From a virus (Duplodnaviria > Heunggongvirae > Uroviricota > Caudoviricetes): a stretch of DNA of 64,000 bases. Shown here in pieces: positions 20,531 through 28,763 of this stretch; within the stretch, counting starts at the first letter, position 1, and each line of letters starts with the position of its first letter. The notes beneath the pieces were generated by a model. That model searched no databases. It worked only from the letters and a program-made list of their open reading frames with translations, and was not told the DNA's origin. The stretch lies in the IMG/VR virus record IMGVR_UViG_3300017650_000009. One strand, 5' to 3'. Both the position numbers and the translations under genes were made by a program.

Positions 20531-20591
20531 AGCTACCTCTTGGGTTAATATTTCGTTTATTTATTGACATTGGATCCTGCACGAGTGCAAA

Positions 20592-21266
20592 GTGCTGGAA
20601 AATAAAGGATTACCAAATATGTTTCATCTAGTTTTTCAGAATCACAAGCATCGTTCTAACCCTTATTATTTGAACCGAAATACTAACCGTGCATCGACTC
20701 ATAACCAGTTTGAACTCGATACTATTCGTGCAAGCTTGAAATCACGTTGGGAAGTAACAGGTTTTGGTAAGACCGATTTCCAGACGAAAATATGGGATAT
20801 CGAGAGCATTGTGGATTCGATGAATAGTAACCCACACAAATATATCCGAGAATATTTCCACGGACATATCATTACAGTGGATTCCTCTGCTGATGCTATT
20901 TGGTTCCGTTTGAATCATGAGAATGTTTCGAAGAACGGAAATAAACTTGTTGAGGTGTATGCGGATATTGATGTCGAATACATTACTTCACTAACTACAG
21001 CCCTTACCGCACGCCATGTCGAATATTCAAACTATTTGAATATAACCCAGGTTTGTAACAACGTTAACTACTCGGCCTACCGTTTCGCTCGTAATACGTT
21101 GTATGATGAAATTCCTGCAGTGAAGAATGGTGCGGATAAGATTACTGATGCAATTAGTGAATTTTCAAAATTTGCACAAATAAATGTTGACCGATACAAG
21201 AAAAAGTATCTGAAAGAAGCTCGGGTCCTTTTTGATTATTTGGATTCAAAGAAAACCAAGATATAA
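20592..21266 (+). CDS. hypothetical protein
   Basis: 224-aa ORF. Confidence 0.55.
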   Translation: MLENKGLPNMFHLVFQNHKHRSNPYYLNRNTNRASTHNQFELDTIRASLKSRWEVTGFGKTDFQTKIWDIESIVDSMNSNPHKYIREYFHGHIITVDSSADAIWFRLNHENVSKNGNKLVEVYADIDVEYITSLTTALTARHVEYSNYLNITQVCNNVNYSAYRFARNTLYDEIPAVKNGADKITDAISEFSKFAQINVDRYKKKYLKEARVLFDYLDSKKTKI

Positions 21267-21334
21267 AATCACATTGACAAGATTTCAAAAGGTACTAGAA
21301 TAGCGTTTAGTTAGTTCGAGTTCTAAGGAGTCTT

Positions 21335-21787
21335 ATGTTCACACATGTGTTAGTACGTGCCGACGATACGGCTCAACTTCATAAGAAATTGGGTCTGTCG
21401 GAACATGACACGAAAGTATTTGAACATAAAGTTTTTGGCAGCCGCCAAGACGCACTAGAATATTTGCAACACCACATGCAACTATTGGACAAACATCTCG
21501 CTATTGCCGTTGGGGTCACACTTCCAGACACTCTGGATTATGTCCGTGAGATTGAAAAACTAACCAAGCTTGGAAATAAACTAAAGCGCATACCCTCGAC
21601 ATGGCGCAAGTCTCGAGGTAATCTCGAACGTAAAATCCTTGCGCAACAGGCAACCCTACGCTATATCGAACGAACTCAAGCAAGTAGCGGAAAGCTACAT
21701 TGGGTCGTATATAGCAGGAACAGAGATACGAATGCAGAACAACCTAGTAGATATTGTCCGCCAGTTCAGTCATCGCGTACAAAATAA
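21335..21787 (+). CDS. hypothetical protein
   Basis: Promoter and AAGGAG SD. Confidence 0.6.
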   Translation: MFTHVLVRADDTAQLHKKLGLSEHDTKVFEHKVFGSRQDALEYLQHHMQLLDKHLAIAVGVTLPDTLDYVREIEKLTKLGNKLKRIPSTWRKSRGNLERKILAQQATLRYIERTQASSGKLHWVVYSRNRDTNAEQPSRYCPPVQSSRTK

Positions 21788-22025
21788 TCGCACACTTAGT
21801 TCGACCAGCTCGCATATGCGTGGCGAAATCGATGAACTAGATGAAGAAATCCTCAAATTGAATTCGGGTACAGAACCAGGTCCAGATGGAATCGTTGGTG
21901 AATCCATTGATGTGATTGCATGTGCTTTGGATATTATATTTCGGCATGCACCTGAAATCACCGATTCTGAACTTGCAGATTTGATGTTGTTAAAATGTCA
22001 AAAATGGGAAGACAACTACAAATGA
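21732..22025 (+). CDS. MazG-like NTP pyrophosphohydrolase
   Basis: GEIDELDEEI...IVGESIDVIACALD. Confidence 0.6.
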   Translation: MQNNLVDIVRQFSHRVQNNRTLSSTSSHMRGEIDELDEEILKLNSGTEPGPDGIVGESIDVIACALDIIFRHAPEITDSELADLMLLKCQKWEDNYK

Positions 22026-22048
22026 AAGGGGACCAATTGGTCCCCTTT

Positions 22049-22702
22049 TTACTTACACGCTGCAATCATCTGATTTAAATTTGAAGTGTCCATCGTGCTT
22101 AGTGTTTCACCAGTACGCTCGAGCATTGGTAAGTCCTCACTATGCACAAACATATTTGGAAGCATTTGCATAGCTTCGTGTGCTTCCATACGAGTAAACT
22201 TTGTACTCGAAAATGCTTTACGCTTTTCCACCCAACGAACTACTGGTTTTGGTAAAACTTTGCGCATCTTTTTGTTGCCATCTTCACTGAGTGAAGTCTG
22301 GATCTTTCGATCCCTACAAACACTTGAACTTGCACTGTGGAAGAGGAAAGTTGCATTTTCCGTAAACACAACATTTCGTGGACGGCTCAACAACAAAGTG
22401 CAAGCACTATAACAGGCTCCATCAATGACAACTAGTTTCTCTGGATGTGAGTCCAGATATTCTAGAGTATCCAGCATTCCATCGAGTTCGCCTCCGCGAC
22501 CATCGACAATAAACATGACATTAGTTTGTTTGAATACTTCTTTAAGAAACTGATCAGTCCGTTGCGAGGACTCAATAAGGGCGATGGAGTTTTCGGCTTC
22601 GATCTTGCCCTTAAGATCTTTGATTTGGTACGCACCAGTAGTGGTGCATCCCGCGCATAGGATTGCAGTAATTGCAGAGAGTACACGTATCATTTTTTTC
22701 AT
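22049..22702 (-). CDS. lipoprotein, ClpP/crotonase-like (COG3904-like)
   Basis: Lipobox LCAGC; DGRGG, IDGACYSACTLLL, FLFHSA. Confidence 0.65.
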   Translation of the reverse strand: MKKMIRVLSAITAILCAGCTTTGAYQIKDLKGKIEAENSIALIESSQRTDQFLKEVFKQTNVMFIVDGRGGELDGMLDTLEYLDSHPEKLVVIDGACYSACTLLLSRPRNVVFTENATFLFHSASSSVCRDRKIQTSLSEDGNKKMRKVLPKPVVRWVEKRKAFSSTKFTRMEAHEAMQMLPNMFVHSEDLPMLERTGETLSTMDTSNLNQMIAACK

Positions 22703-23060
22703 TTTGTGCCTCAAAAATTTTTCCTATTTCCACTATATAGGAATTTAGGAATAATGCAATAACTGAATAAAAAATATTGCACCTTTTTTACGTACCATGT
22801 TAAGCAACTAGTATTGTAATAGAGGAACAAACATGGATACTTATGGAATTGTAGCTTTGCTCGTTATCGTGGCAGCTATTGCGTTGTCGTTCGTGGCGAT
22901 CAAGTTTCTTGGTGATTTCATCGAACGTCGGAACCCCGATGATTCAGCCGAAATCGAAGGTACTCCGCGCGATATCAGTACATACGATACTGCTGATCTC
23001 GAACGCAGAATGCAGGCGTTCAAGGGTGCATATAAAGAACCCCTAATCTGGAAACCATAA

Positions 23061-23088
23061 AAAGAGCCCGCGCAAAGCGGGCTTTTTC
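23061..23088 (+). terminator. intrinsic terminator
   Basis: AGCCCGC/GCGGGCT stem followed by a T tract. Confidence 0.8.
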
Positions 23089-23126
23089 ATATCATATAAA
23101 TAATTTTGAAACCAAGAGGTGTCAAA

Positions 23127-23576
23127 ATGAATTATAATGATATACGAACTACACATTTGTTTGAGCAGGATGACCTCTTTGAGGCTGTCGGAGATCTAAA
23201 GACCCAAATAACTCGTTTACGTCGTATGTTTGGAGCAGATGCAAAGGCTTATTTCCGAGCCAATTGGCGTAGTGTAGAGGAAGTGCTAGGTCAACCAACC
23301 CAATGGATCAGAGATTTCACGAGTCAATATCCTAGCGTGGACTCTCAACTATTGAGTGCGGTACTAATGAACATGCGTGAGGATGATTCTCTAAGAGATA
23401 AAGAGAATTATTTGAGAAGTGGTTATGAATCACGTGGATTCTGTGGCACAAATAGTGCTGTTGTTTGGGTTAGAGATAATGACAAACGCCAAGAGTATCT
23501 GCATTTGTTCTCAAAAAATGATGCAGCTTTAGGTAGCTTGCTCGGCTATATGCGACATTGCCGTTTGGTAAGTTGA
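23127..23576 (+). CDS. probable late or virion-internal protein
   Basis: TATAAATA upstream; N-terminal LFE...LFE. Confidence 0.55.
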   Translation: MNYNDIRTTHLFEQDDLFEAVGDLKTQITRLRRMFGADAKAYFRANWRSVEEVLGQPTQWIRDFTSQYPSVDSQLLSAVLMNMREDDSLRDKENYLRSGYESRGFCGTNSAVVWVRDNDKRQEYLHLFSKNDAALGSLLGYMRHCRLVS

Positions 23577-23629
23577 ATATTTTATTCCTACATGTTATCC
23601 TCTGGTCATAATAACCAGAGGATTTTCTT

Positions 23630-23878
23630 ATGAATTATATGGAACCATATATCGAAGCGATTAAAAAGTATGAGCAGGCAAATTTAAATCTTGAATCTGC
23701 TCGCCAATTCCTATATAGTGAGAAAACTAAAGAAGCTATGCAGGCATTTAGGTCTGCTCTAAATACGTGTACTATCACAGCTATTGATCGTAATCGTGAG
23801 GAAAGAAAACTTCTCCTACGTATTGAAGCTGAGGCACTCGGACAACTTGGAATTACACGCTCTTATGGAGATGAATGA
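23630..23878 (+). CDS. hypothetical protein
   Basis: GAGG SD; helical sequence. Confidence 0.55.
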   Translation: MNYMEPYIEAIKKYEQANLNLESARQFLYSEKTKEAMQAFRSALNTCTITAIDRNREERKLLLRIEAEALGQLGITRSYGDE

Positions 23879-23993
23879 ATTTTTCTTTCCAAAATGAGTT
23901 AAAGTAGTTGACAATTCGTTCACAAGAATATAAATATAAACATACAAATGCTCCGTGGCGGAGCAACAACAGAATTCAAAGGATTATTGGACC

Positions 23994-24146
23994 ATGTGTA
24001 ACGTCAATCAAAATAGCTGGCAAAAAGGCTTTGCGCCTAAGCCCGTGGCTATTGCGATTGCCGCGGTAGCTGGTTTTAATCTCGGGCTGGAAAATCAGCG
24101 CCCAGATTATACCGCCGGGTCCAACATCCGAGGAGTCGCTTACTAA
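23994..24146 (+). CDS. putative attenuator leader peptide (50 aa)
   Basis: Follows a TTGACA promoter; 3' codons lie within an antiterminator stem. Confidence 0.55.
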   Translation: MCNVNQNSWQKGFAPKPVAIAIAAVAGFNLGLENQRPDYTAGSNIRGVAY

Positions 24147-24173
24147 GCAAAAACTCCACAAAAGGATTTAAGG

Positions 24174-24210
24174 ACCCGGATTAGGAAACTAGTCCGGGTT
24201 TCGTGTTTTC
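24174..24210 (+). terminator. terminator hairpin of the putative attenuator
   Basis: 11-bp ACCCGGATTAG/CTAGTCCGGGT stem, GAAA loop, imperfect T tract. Confidence 0.7.
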
Positions 24211-24256
24211 CGCAGAAAACAAAATTTTCAAAAGAATGCAAAATAGTTGAAAAAAA

Positions 24257-24300
24257 TAGTTGACGCGGAAATAACTTGTGTATTATAAAAAGAACATAAC
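24257..24300 (+). promoter_or_regulatory. sigma70-type promoter of the main tRNA array
   Basis: TTGACG-N17-TATTAT(AAA) followed by GAACATA. Confidence 0.65.
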
Positions 24301-24543
24301 AAAAACAGTTGACACAGACCCTAAGGTATGCTAGACTGTTTGGTAAGAGCGCAGCGAAAGCTTATCTCTTACAGTTATAGGTGGTTGCTTCCCTATAGAA
24401 GCAAACTTCGGCTTGTAGGATAGCGTGAACTTCGAGTGTCACAATGCTAAACTGGTTTCAAGCGAAGGATACATTACGGGGTCGGACTGTAATAGGTTCG
24501 TCCCCCGTATTGAAAAGCTCAACCGATGGTTGGTCTTTTTTAT

Positions 24544-24618
<75 letters not shown>

Positions 24619-24620
24619 GT

Positions 24621-24750
24621 TTACGAGCCGATTTGTTTAGGTTATCTTTTTTGAACAAAGCGGGCCTGGGTTCAAATCCCAGCGTGAGAACTAGTTCTCA
24701 TGTGGTGTAGTGGTAGCATCGAAAACGTCTAAGCATGTACTTGCTCGTAG
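24621..24750 (+). ncRNA. YrlA/Y-RNA-like circularly permuted tRNA mimic
   Basis: Order is T-arm, capped acceptor stem, D-arm; ends pair with a bulged-C helix. Confidence 0.75.
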
Positions 24751-24758
24751 CTTAACCC

Positions 24759-24832
24759 GGTCTTATGGTGAATGGGTATCACACTAGTCTGTCTAACTGG
24801 AATAGCGGGTTCGAGCCCCGCTAAGATCGCCA
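24759..24832 (+). tRNA. tRNA-Asp(GTC)
   Basis: Cloverleaf, G73, CCA. Confidence 0.93.
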
Positions 24833-24845
24833 AACAAAAGAGTTT

Positions 24846-24921
24846 GGGCTGTTAGCTCATCTGGGAGAGCGCCTGATTTGCATTCAGGAGGTGATCGGTT
24901 CGAGTCCGATACGGTCCACCA
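24846..24921 (+). tRNA. tRNA-Ala(TGC)
   Basis: G3:U70 pair, CCA. Confidence 0.95.
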
Positions 24922-24930
24922 AACAACCAT

Positions 24931-25006
24931 GGGGTGTTAGTGATAGAAGGAAACACGGCGCACTTGCAATGCGCAGAAACGGGGGCGGTACCCGTACACT
25001 CCACCA
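24931..25006 (+). tRNA. tRNA-Ala(TGC), atypical T-loop GGCGGTA
   Basis: G3:U70 pair, loop CTTGCAA, CCA. Confidence 0.85.
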
Positions 25007-25008
25007 AA

Positions 25009-25139
25009 ATAGCAGCATCGTCGATGTGAGGTGATGGCTAATTCTTCGCTGTAGGTACTCGAGTGAGTATCGAGAGGTTTTAGAGGTAACCGGCTAGAAT
25101 TGCAGTGAATCGCGAATATATCTGCAACGTGCCTGCTAT
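25009..25139 (+). ncRNA. structured RNA of unknown family
   Basis: ATAGCAG/CTGCTAT terminal stem plus internal hairpins. Confidence 0.5.
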
Positions 25140-25150
25140 TTCCCCTTTAT

Positions 25151-25226
25151 GTGCATGTAGCTCAGCTGGGAGAGCATTGCCCTGATAAGGCAAAGGTCAT
25201 TGGTTCGATCCCAATCATGCATACCA
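25151..25226 (+). tRNA. tRNA-Ile(GAT)
   Basis: Cloverleaf, CCA. Confidence 0.93.
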
Positions 25227-25230
25227 AATT

Positions 25231-25308
25231 GCCCCTGTAGCCCAATTGGTGAGAGGTAGCAGGTCGAGAGCCTGAAGGTTGTCGGTTCGAATCCGACTAG
25301 GGGCACCA
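25231..25308 (+). tRNA. tRNA-Leu(GAG), short variable loop, C33
   Basis: Loop TCGAGAG, A73, CCA. Confidence 0.8.
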
Positions 25309-25327
25309 AATGTAGGAAGTATTTTGT

Positions 25328-25404
25328 CAGGGTGTAGCTCAGCCTGGTAGAGTATTGCACTTGGAATGCAAGGGTCGTTGGTTCGAATCCAATCACCCTG
25401 ACCA
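25328..25404 (+). tRNA. tRNA-Pro(TGG)
   Basis: C1-G72, CCA. Confidence 0.95.
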
Positions 25405-25490
25405 AATACTTCTTGCATTACAACTGGCTTAGATGTTAGTTTGTTAAAAACAAATTGGAGAATACAGATTTTATATGAGTTAATACTCAT

Positions 25491-25566
25491 GCGTTTGTAG
25501 CTCAACTGGATGAGCGTCACCCTACGAAGGTGAAGGATGTAGGTTCGACTCCTACCAAACGCGCCA
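25491..25566 (+). tRNA. tRNA-Arg(ACG)
   Basis: Cloverleaf, CCA. Confidence 0.95.
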
Positions 25567-25567
25567 A

Positions 25568-25644
25568 CGGCGTGTAGCGCAGTCTGGTAGCGCACCTGAT
25601 TTGGGATCAGGGGGTCGCAGGTTCGAATCCTGCTACGCCGACCA
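25568..25644 (+). tRNA. tRNA-Pro(TGG)
   Basis: Cloverleaf, CCA. Confidence 0.95.
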
Positions 25645-25750
25645 AAGGTTTTCCTTCACTTAAAGTGAAGGATCCGATGAGCCCCGTAAACGTCCTATAG
25701 GGGTTTGAAGTAGGGCGTGACTTTGTTGGTGTTCAGAGTAAACCAACTAT

Positions 25751-25825
25751 TGGAGTATAGCTCAATGGTAGAGCACCCGGCTGTTAACCGGGCGGCTGTA
25801 GGTTCGAGTCCTACTACTTCAGCCA
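25751..25825 (+). tRNA. tRNA-Asn(GTT)
   Basis: Cloverleaf, CCA. Confidence 0.95.
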
Positions 25826-25883
25826 ATTTTTCGGTTGTTTCTTTTGTATTTCGTGTTACATTGGAGTAACAAAGGAGATCGAA

Positions 25884-26141
25884 ATGCTAGAAACACTTAA
25901 AGCGAAAGCAAAGGAACAAAAAGCACACCTCAAGCAATATGATGGTCATTTTGATGATTGTGTGCTGGGGTATGTCACTCGCGATGTAAAGCATCGTGGT
26001 CGGGTACTAGTAGCTCGAGGTCCTGTTCTGGTATTTCCAAAAACGGCCAAAACAATTGATGATGGTATCAATTGTATTAATGTTTGGTCTTTGGAAAATG
26101 CTTTGGAAACTTCCATCCGTCGTAAAGATGTGAAGTTCTAG
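25884..26141 (+). CDS. hypothetical early protein
   Basis: AACAAAGGAGATCGAA leader. Confidence 0.7.
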   Translation: MLETLKAKAKEQKAHLKQYDGHFDDCVLGYVTRDVKHRGRVLVARGPVLVFPKTAKTIDDGINCINVWSLENALETSIRRKDVKF

Positions 26142-26147
26142 TACAAT

Positions 26148-26225
26148 GCCCTTGTAGCCCAATTGGTGAGAGGTACTAGTTTTAGAAACTAGGGGTTGTC
26201 GGTTCGAATCCGACCAAGGGTACCA
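26148..26225 (+). tRNA. tRNA-Leu(TAG), short variable loop
   Basis: Loop TTTAGAA, CCA. Confidence 0.88.
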
Positions 26226-26228
26226 ATT

Positions 26229-26327
26229 CCAGTCGAAAGCCCACGGTTCGAGTCCGTGCTTGGGTCAAGGGAAGACCATCGGCCCGTAACTTGCGGTAAA
26301 CTAGTGACAGTCGGAGAGACGACACCA
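26229..26327 (+). ncRNA. possible permuted tRNA mimic
   Basis: T-arm CACGG-TTCGAGT-CCGTG precedes a D-loop-like segment; ends in CCA. Confidence 0.45.
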
Positions 26328-26328
26328 T

Positions 26329-26404
26329 GCTCCCGTAGTTTACTGGTTTAGAATACTGCGTTTTCACCGCGGAGAAGAGGGTTCGATTCCCTTCGGGAGT
26401 ACCA
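26329..26404 (+). tRNA. tRNA-Glu(TTC)
   Basis: Cloverleaf, CCA. Confidence 0.93.
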
Positions 26405-26409
26405 AACAT

Positions 26410-26484
26410 GCACCATTCGTCTATCGGTTAGGACGCTAGGTTTTCATTCTGGAAAGAGGGGTTCGATTCCCCTATGGTGTACCA
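26410..26484 (+). tRNA. tRNA-Glu(TTC)
   Basis: Cloverleaf, CCA. Confidence 0.93.
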
Positions 26485-26529
26485 AATAAATTGACACAAC
26501 ATGGGTTCTCATATATAAAGAGAACATAT

Positions 26530-26605
26530 GCAGCTCTGGCAGTGATGGTTCATGCGCTGGATTGAAGTCCCAGATATATCGGTTCGATCCCGATGGGCTG
26601 CACCA
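26530..26605 (+). tRNA. tRNA-Phe(GAA)
   Basis: Loop TTGAAGT, CCA. Confidence 0.88.
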
Positions 26606-26628
26606 ATACTTGACCCCAAGTGGGTTAC

Positions 26629-26704
26629 TCGGGATTAGCTTAATTGGTAGAGCACCGCACTTTGAATGCGAAGGTTGGAGGTTCGAGTCCTCCCTCCCGA
26701 TCCA
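26629..26704 (+). tRNA. tRNA-Gln(TTG)
   Basis: Cloverleaf, CCA. Confidence 0.9.
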
Positions 26705-26712
26705 AAAACTAT

Positions 26713-26802
26713 GAGTCAGTGGTAGCTGTTGGTAAGTGCTACACCGGTCTGTAAAACCGAGACATTGAACCGTCGCTAGTTCGATTCTAGCCTGACTCAC
26801 CA
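26713..26802 (+). tRNA. tRNA-Tyr(GTA)
   Basis: Loop CTGTAAA, long variable region, CCA. Confidence 0.88.
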
Positions 26803-26808
26803 AACCTC

Positions 26809-26880
26809 GCGGGTATAGTACAGAGGTTAGTGCAACGGGTTTCCAACCCGTGAACACCGGTTCGAATCCGGTTACCCGCT
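26809..26880 (+). tRNA. tRNA-Gly(TCC), CCA not encoded
   Basis: Cloverleaf, U73. Confidence 0.9.
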
Positions 26881-26884
26881 CTAA

Positions 26885-26960
26885 TACCCTTTAGCTTAAC
26901 TGGTTGAGCAGCACACTCTGAATGTGAAGGTTCTAGGTTCGAATCCTAGAAGGGTAGCCA
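26885..26960 (+). tRNA. tRNA-Gln(CTG)
   Basis: Cloverleaf, CCA. Confidence 0.92.
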
Positions 26961-27017
26961 AAAACGTGTTGACAATCTCCAAAGCCGTGCTAGGACAGCA
27001 TGGAAAGGAGAAACAAC

Positions 27018-27422
27018 ATGAATCGTAAATTTGGACTCATTGGTCTCGCACTTGTGGGGCTTGCGGCACTTTCGGGTTGTCAAGACAGCGCTAGGGTTGC
27101 TGACGCAAACATCCAGAAAGCCGCTGACAACTTCGAGATCAACCGGCGTGTTGTTTTCTACAACGGTGTCACAGACACCTATATGCTTACGGTTGAAGGT
27201 CGGTGCTCAATGGACCTCAATACGGCAGGCACTGCATTCAACGTTATCTGCAAAGTCGGCCCAGGCGAATTCAAGCGTCATACGCTGGTTCTGTCCGACA
27301 ACACAACGGCATTCGTTGAACAGCTCGAGCCTATCGCGGTCAGCACGTATCACTATCGCGTGATCTTCCGTCCGCAGACAATTATTCCTGCACCGGAAAT
27401 TGATATCGGTGTGACACGCTAA
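27018..27422 (+). CDS. phage lipoprotein
   Basis: Lipobox LSGC; AADNFEINRRVVFYNG. Confidence 0.75.
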   Translation: MNRKFGLIGLALVGLAALSGCQDSARVADANIQKAADNFEINRRVVFYNGVTDTYMLTVEGRCSMDLNTAGTAFNVICKVGPGEFKRHTLVLSDNTTAFVEQLEPIAVSTYHYRVIFRPQTIIPAPEIDIGVTR

Positions 27423-27440
27423 GAGGCTTCGGCCTCACAT

Positions 27441-27516
27441 ACTCGGTTAGCTCAGTTGGTAGAGCGTCTCCTTTACACGGAGAGGGTCAGTGGTTCGAGC
27501 CCGCTACCGAGTACCA
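27441..27516 (+). tRNA. tRNA-Val(TAC)
   Basis: Cloverleaf, CCA. Confidence 0.95.
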
Positions 27517-27519
27517 AAC

Positions 27520-27640
27520 GCCAAGAGGTATGGTAACACCGGTTAACATTCCCATGCAGAATGCGGCACAAAGTAGGAATGCGAGTTTGGAGTCATGATC
27601 CAAATAAACATTCTGAGGATAAGCGCTCTCTTTGGCACCA
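27520..27640 (+). ncRNA. CCA-ended pseudoknotted RNA
   Basis: Acceptor-like stem plus ACCA; CAGAATG/CATTCTG pseudoknot. Confidence 0.55.
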
Positions 27641-27663
27641 ATTAGAGACTTCGGTCTCGCATT

Positions 27664-27737
27664 ACCTGTTAAGCATTAAAGTGATGTATCAGTCTCCAAA
27701 ACTGAAGAACTCGGGGCAGTACCGGGAACAGGTGCCA
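27664..27737 (+). tRNA. tRNA-Trp(CCA), atypical T-loop GGCAGTA
   Basis: Loop CTCCAAA, G73, CCA. Confidence 0.85.
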
Positions 27738-28419
27738 ATTTAACCCGATTGTATGTTTGGTCGAATAATTCTATACGTTTCAATAATTGTTCCAAAGTCA
27801 ATGATGAATTTCTATTCTTTATTTGATTTTCTTTATGACGAATCAACATACAATTGGCAGGATGGCTTATAATTTTTGGATCTATATTTGATACCCATCC
27901 ATCGTTAACACTAATCATATGATCCCGGCTAACACCATTAATATTCTTAATACCGGATCTGGATCCAGGGGTTGAATACATTCCATATTTTCTAATTAAA
28001 TCAGTATTGAACCAGCCTGGAAAATCGGATAGTGCAAAATTGAATTTACATAAATTTGCATAATGCTCGCGATCCGCGATGATAGTTGGGTGAAATTTTT
28101 GATATTTGTTAGATGTGAACAATCTTCCAGTCTTTGCACATGTATTAAAGAATACTGTTGATGTAGGATAACGTTCGGGTTTTGGTCTTGGTTGCGGTCC
28201 GCGTTTTCTATTTTTGTTTGAATTGGCTTTAATTGCAGAGCATGATTTGGAACAAAATTTTGCATTCGAAGTTTTTTTGTTACAAGTTAAGCAATTATTC
28301 ATTTTGTGTTGTTTGGCTTGTTCTTGAAACATAGCAAAGCAAGCTGAACCACAAAATGAACGTACTTGACCTGTACGCTTTGGTTTGAATTCATCATTAC
28401 ATTGTTTGCAAATAAACAT
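27676..28419 (-). mobile_element. HNH homing endonuclease
   Basis: CxxC Zn motifs; SRDHMISV...HPANC...HKENQIK; AT-rich; 3' end runs antisense into tRNA-Trp. Confidence 0.8.
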
Positions 28420-28537
28420 CGCATTCTCCTATTAACGACATTCTAACATGATGTGAATTAAAAATCAAAATAAGTGGTTGACGTTATTCCTGTTTGTGCT
28501 AGTTTGGGAATACGAAACGCAACAGGAGATCGAAACA

Positions 28538-28762
28538 ATGGCAAAGCGCAACAAAATTGCAACTATGGCAGTACGCGAATTGGATGCTCGCATTCGTAAG
28601 CAAGCTCGTGCAAACAAGCAAAAGCGAAATGTTGTCAATGTTTCGGCAATTGAACCAGAAATGGTTGAGCGCACAAATTTGATGACTGGCAAGAAGTTCA
28701 TGGAACGCGCTGACACTCCACTTTGCTGCTCGCCGGCTTCGGAAACGTATTGGTGCATGTAG
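28538..28762 (+). CDS. hypothetical early protein
   Basis: AACAGGAGATCGAA leader; C-terminal NLMTGKKFMERADTPLCCSPASETYWCM. Confidence 0.75.
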   Translation: MAKRNKIATMAVRELDARIRKQARANKQKRNVVNVSAIEPEMVERTNLMTGKKFMERADTPLCCSPASETYWCM

Positions 28763-28763
28763 G

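Noticed and set aside
25671-25712. Hammerhead ribozyme (CCGATGAG...GAA)
   Set aside because: The core reads CCGAUGA rather than CUGAUGA, stem II is not followed directly by GAAA, and no stem III/UH site was found.
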